This document shows positions 60,031 through 64,000 of a stretch of 64,000 nt of DNA, one piece after another (within the stretch, counting starts at the first letter, position 1; each line of letters opens with the position of its first letter). Source of the DNA: Vicugna vicugna (taxonomy: Eukaryota); assembly GCA_013265495.1 (NCBI GenBank), contig MU059175.1:4126588-4190587 (forward strand), in the 5' to 3' direction. Position numbers and translations under genes: made by a program. The notes beneath the pieces were generated by a model. That model did not search any database. It saw only the letters and a program-made list of their open reading frames with translations, and was not told where the DNA came from.

Positions 60031-61774
60031 CCCACTTCTTTTGCGGAACATGTTGCAGAGGGATAGAACCAGAGATCTCCAGGTTGATCTGTATTCTGGC
60101 CGGAAGTGAGTGGAGAGGTGAATATAATTGCAGTCCCTAATTCTATGGCAAACTAAGTTTCAAGTGCTGTTCCCTCCCAGCTTTTGATTTCCTGGAGTTA
60201 CGGACTAGAAATGTTGAATTTAAGAGTCACTGGGCAGTGTCTTTACTGAATGCCTGAACTGTCTGTGAAAGAGTGTGTATATGTGTGTGTGCATGTGTGT
60301 CTGTAAATGTGCAGTTTTTAGAATTACAGGAGAGCTTGTGCTGTAGCTGTTACTTTTCCTTCTAAAAGAGGAGAAAAGAGAATTATAGTGAGTTGGAGAC
60401 CTCAGATAATGAGTGTTGCTCTTTTTTATCTTGATGTGATAGCTTCAGTCTTTAGGACTTATTTGAGACAGGTCCTGTGCTGATCCTATCGGCTGCGAAG
60501 CTTTCAGGCAAGAGGGAAAAACAAAGATCAAAAAGAACATTAAAAAATACAAACTACAGGGGCCCAGAGGAGGGGCTTTGCAGTTTTAGATGATGTCCAA
60601 GCAGGCAGTGACTTGGATGGTAACACAGACCTCCCCCGCCCCCTTTTTAAGGGTCTGTGTGGTTAAATCTCATGAAATATGAGAGTTCTTGACTAGATTT
60701 AATTTATGTCTATGTTGCTTCCTGAGAACTTCTAAGTTAGTTTTGATGCTGGTTTGTTTTATCAGAATAATACGATTTTAAAACTATTTTAATGGCATGG
60801 TATTCCCCCCTCTTTTTAAAAGCAGGTGCAATCTTAGCTCTTTAGGAGTGAAGCAGTTAAGTAGTATTTTATTAGTTTAATGCATACATTCAAATTTAAT
60901 AGCATTTATTTTCTGTGATGAAGTTAGTCAGCCACAGTGAGCACAAGGCTGTTTTGATGAACATTAATTTGAAAATGTGATAGTGTGCATCAGTAAGGTT
61001 AGCTGTTAGATGTACCTAAACACGACATCAAGAGATTAGGAATTGTGATTCTTGCAGACAAGTAATTGGAAAGAACAGGATGGTTGGGTGGATGAGTGAA
61101 GGTAGCTTACTTTAATAAACGCCTCATTTTGCTGACTCAGTGCTAATTAATTACAATTTGGCAGGAAGGTTGGGTGTATATGCCCAGGTCTTGATAGAAC
61201 AAGATAACTTGGTAGCACAGGGTAAATGCATTGATACCTCGTGTATTAACTGGAATATAATACATTTGAATATAGCTATCTTTAGATTTTAGTTTCTAAA
61301 TTTTTATGAGATGAAACTTTTTTGGTGGTACTGAAGAACACTATTTGCATATTTATCAGTATATCTTTAAACCTAGTTATTTTTCCACGAACCTTTGTTT
61401 TTTCCCAAAGGTCATGGCTAACCAGTCATTTCAAAAATTTGATGTTACCACTTTAGAAGCTTTTTATAAAGTTCAAGAGAAAACTTTAAAATTTATCCTT
61501 TTGGTTTTTTTTTCTCTTTATAATACTCTAACTTGAGTGTTTTATAGAACAATTTTCAAAGTGTCAGTGTTGATTAGTTTAGATGAAGGATTTCGGGCTG
61601 ATGAAATTAGAAATTTATAAGATTGAAAAAGCCAAATAGAGTTTTGGATTTAAAATTATATGTGTTAGTTTTAGAATTATATGAATTAATTTTATAATTA
61701 CACAGTTTTACTGAACTTAACAAGACAGATTATACATTATATGGCCATTATACCTCAGTAAAACCGGGAGGGAG

Positions 61775-62394
61775 CAGGGTTTAATAGGAGAAAAGGCCCA
61801 CAGTTTTTATTAATATTTCACATGCACTGGAGTTCACAGAAAAGAAGTGGAGTTCACAGAAAGAAGTGGGTAGATGCTGGGGCTTATGTACCATTTTAAT
61901 GAAGCAAAGGGAGTTTGGGTTCTGAGAGTAGATAAATTGTAGGAAAGTGACCAAGAAAATGTATGGAGGCTCACAGCGAGAAAAAAACAAATGTGGCAAT
62001 GAATAGTTGTATGTTCATGTGTAACTGAAAAATTGTACTCTACACTGGAATTTGACACAACACTGTAAAATGACTATAACTCAATAAAAAAATTCTTAAA
62101 GAAAAATAAATGTATGGAGAAAACTAATGGAAGATGAGAGCTATTTTAGCAAGGTGTGTTTATGCAGGTTCATCTTGGTGCTGACTCTCCACCTCCAGTG
62201 GTAAGAGTTACTTTCCTCTCCCTGGTACACAAGAGGGGCACAGCTTTGCAAGGGAAATTTATAACCTCCTTCTAAGCAGAAGTGGGTAGGGCAGAGAACT
62301 CTTCATCTGTTGATTCTAAATTGCCTTTAACTCAAGATAATCGTTATGCCTGTAAGTGACATATTTGGGAGGAGGACATATTCTGACCTTTTCA
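61775..62394 (-). mobile_element. ERV1-class solo LTR, MER34A/MER39-like, interrupted by an L1 3' end
   Basis: Reverse complement starts TGAAAAGGTCAGAATATGTCC...AAATATGTCAC...TTATCTTGAGTTAAAGGCAATT...GTCAGCACCAAGATGAACCTGCATAAAC. The left boundary is uncertain. Confidence 0.75.
61969..62107 (+). mobile_element. 5'-truncated L1 3' end (139 bp) inserted in the LTR
   Basis: Perfect 12-bp TSD AAATGTATGGAG at 61957-61968 and 62108-62119, with AATAAA at 62083-62088. Same subfamily as 34627-34790 in the opposite orientation. Confidence 0.88.
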
Positions 62395-63020
62395 CCATGA
62401 AATAAGAAATAAGTTACCTTTCAGTTAGCAGACTTTAAACAGAAAAATTCCTCCTTCTGATGGCCAATGGCAAAGAAAACTTTAATGGCTAGTTCGGGGG
62501 AAGGAAAACATCTATTGTGAGGATATGGAAAAGTTTGAGGCAGAACCATTCCTAATAAATCTGTAAATTACCTGGAATTTTGTTTCTCTGATTTCTTGAT
62601 ATTGATCTTTGTAGTACTTTAAGTTTTACTTGATTAGAAGGAAATGAAGAGGAGTACTGCAACTCCCAAGATCTGGTTACACAGTTTTCCGAGAACTTTT
62701 GAAAAATGCTTACTGTGAAAATGAGGTTGAATCTGTTGATTAAATGAGGTTTAGCAGTTTTGATTCTGTGCTTTTCTTGGCCCTTGACACTGGGACCTCT
62801 AGAATGACCGGTCTGTCATGCCGGTAGATGAGGAGCATATTGTTTTCAGTGCCCTTGATTTTATTTCTCTATTAGTTTGATACAAAACACAAACTTAATT
62901 AATATATTCAAATTCATAGGAAATAAAATACGGTTGAACAACTTCTGTAAGGATATCCCCCCTTAAAATTTAGCAAGATAGGAGTGCTTGTGTCCCTTCT
63001 GCTTTTCTAGACCTTTTCAG

Positions 63021-63384
63021 TGTTTCTGACCGAAGTCGGGTCTGGCTGTTTGCCACTCAAAACTCAGTACCAAGAAGTAGTTGTTGGTAGAAAGGAAAGT
63101 TACTTTCAATCAGAATGCCTACAATCTGGGGAGAAGATGGACTCGTGTCCCCCAAAACCAGCTCCAAAGATTCTGCCCAGCCATGAAAGTTTTAAAGGAA
63201 AAAGGGAAGGAAGGAATCTCAGTTAGTAATTGAGATAGGGAGTCAGATGCATAGCCTTCTCCCACCACATGCAGGCTTGTTGGCTCCTTGTGGTCTTTCT
63301 TTAGATTCTGTCTGGTTCACACAGTCTGTGAGATTACTGACAAGGAAACTAGGTAGGAGATCTGGTCATCTGTTAATTACTTAC
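63021..63384 (-). mobile_element. ERV LTR-like fragment (laurasiatherian ERV1-type)
   Basis: TGTTTCTGACCGAAGTCGGGTCTGGCTG...GTTGGTAGAAAGGAAAGTTACTTTCAATCAGAATGCC pattern typical of reverse-oriented LTR ends. Confidence 0.5.
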
Positions 63385-63551
63385 TTTTTTTTTTTTTAAA
63401 TTGAAGTATAGTTGAATTACAGTATTGTGTTAATTTCTAGTGTACAGCATAGTGTGTTATACATAATACATTTTTCATAATTTTTCTTAATAGGTTTTTA
63501 CAACATATTGAATATAGTTCCCTGTGCTATACAGTAAGACCTTGTCATTCA
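63385..63551 (-). mobile_element. L1 3' end with target-site duplication
   Basis: Poly(T) + AAATTGAAGTATAGTTGAATTACAG...GTTCCCTGTGCTATACAGTAAGACCTTG. TSD TAATTACTTAC (63374-63384) / TAATTAGTTAC (63552-63562). Confidence 0.88.
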
Positions 63552-63719
63552 TAATTAGTTACCCTTCTTTTCTCCTTCTTTGATTTATGGAGAGAACCAA
63601 CAGATTAGGCAAGGTATTGTGTGATTAGACATTTTGAAAGGTGTGGTAGGACCAGAGATGAGTAGAGCATGGGAGCGCCTGATTTAAAAGTTAGTTACAT
63701 CTATTTGATTTAGACTTCC

Positions 63720-64000
63720 CTCTGGATATATACCCAAGAGTGGGATTGCTGGATCATATGGTAAGTCTATTTTTAGTCTTTTGAGGAATCTCTGTACTGT
63801 TTTCCGTAACAGCTGCACCAAACTGCACTCACACCAGCAGTGTAGGAGGGTTCTCTTTTCTCCACAGCCTCTCCAGCATTTATCGTTTGTGAACTTATGA
63901 ATGATGGCCATTCTGACTGGTGTGAGGTGGTACCTCATTGTAGTTTAGATTTGCATTTCTCTGATAATTAGCGATAGAGTATTTTTTCATGTGTCTATTG
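63720..64000 (-). mobile_element. L1 ORF2 C-terminal fragment (continues beyond window)
   Basis: Translation [13 protein letters not shown]...[16 protein letters not shown]...[15 protein letters not shown] is the L1 ORF2p cysteine-rich C-terminal domain. Similarity ends abruptly at about 63720. Confidence 0.93.

Noticed and set aside
63684-63938. 84-aa ORF as a host gene
   Set aside because: It is L1 ORF2p C-terminal sequence, truncated.

Overview
Mammalian genomic DNA containing the 5' part of ELAVL2 (HuB/Hel-N1) on the + strand. It is very probably camelid, judged from two tRNA-derived SINEs that match the camelid Vic-1 type as I remember it. A CpG-island promoter (about 1-1620) carries several splice donors consistent with alternative non-coding first exons. 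It is followed by a ~54 kb intron, the first coding exon (55367-55610, ATG at 55382, encoding the N-terminus and first half of RRM1), and the start of the next intron. The rest is intronic, with typical eutherian repeats (MIR, L2, L1 3' ends, MLT1, MER34-like and other ERV LTRs, hAT and Tigger MITEs, probable RTE-clade relics), simple repeats and five N gaps. Apart from the ELAVL2 exon and a broken L1 ORF2 fragment, the ORF track is noise. No prokaryotic-type systems, RNA genes or CRISPR arrays are present. The most interesting signals concern 5'-end regulation of ELAVL2: a TAG-CAG-GTAATT acceptor that rebuilds a donor (recursive-splice-like), a perfect-consensus GC donor, and several exon-like units in the long intron that would add uORFs or in-frame N-terminal extensions. 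These intronic candidates are sequence-only predictions, and several pseudo-exons are expected by chance in 54 kb. Repeat family names and boundaries come from remembered consensus sequences and are approximate.
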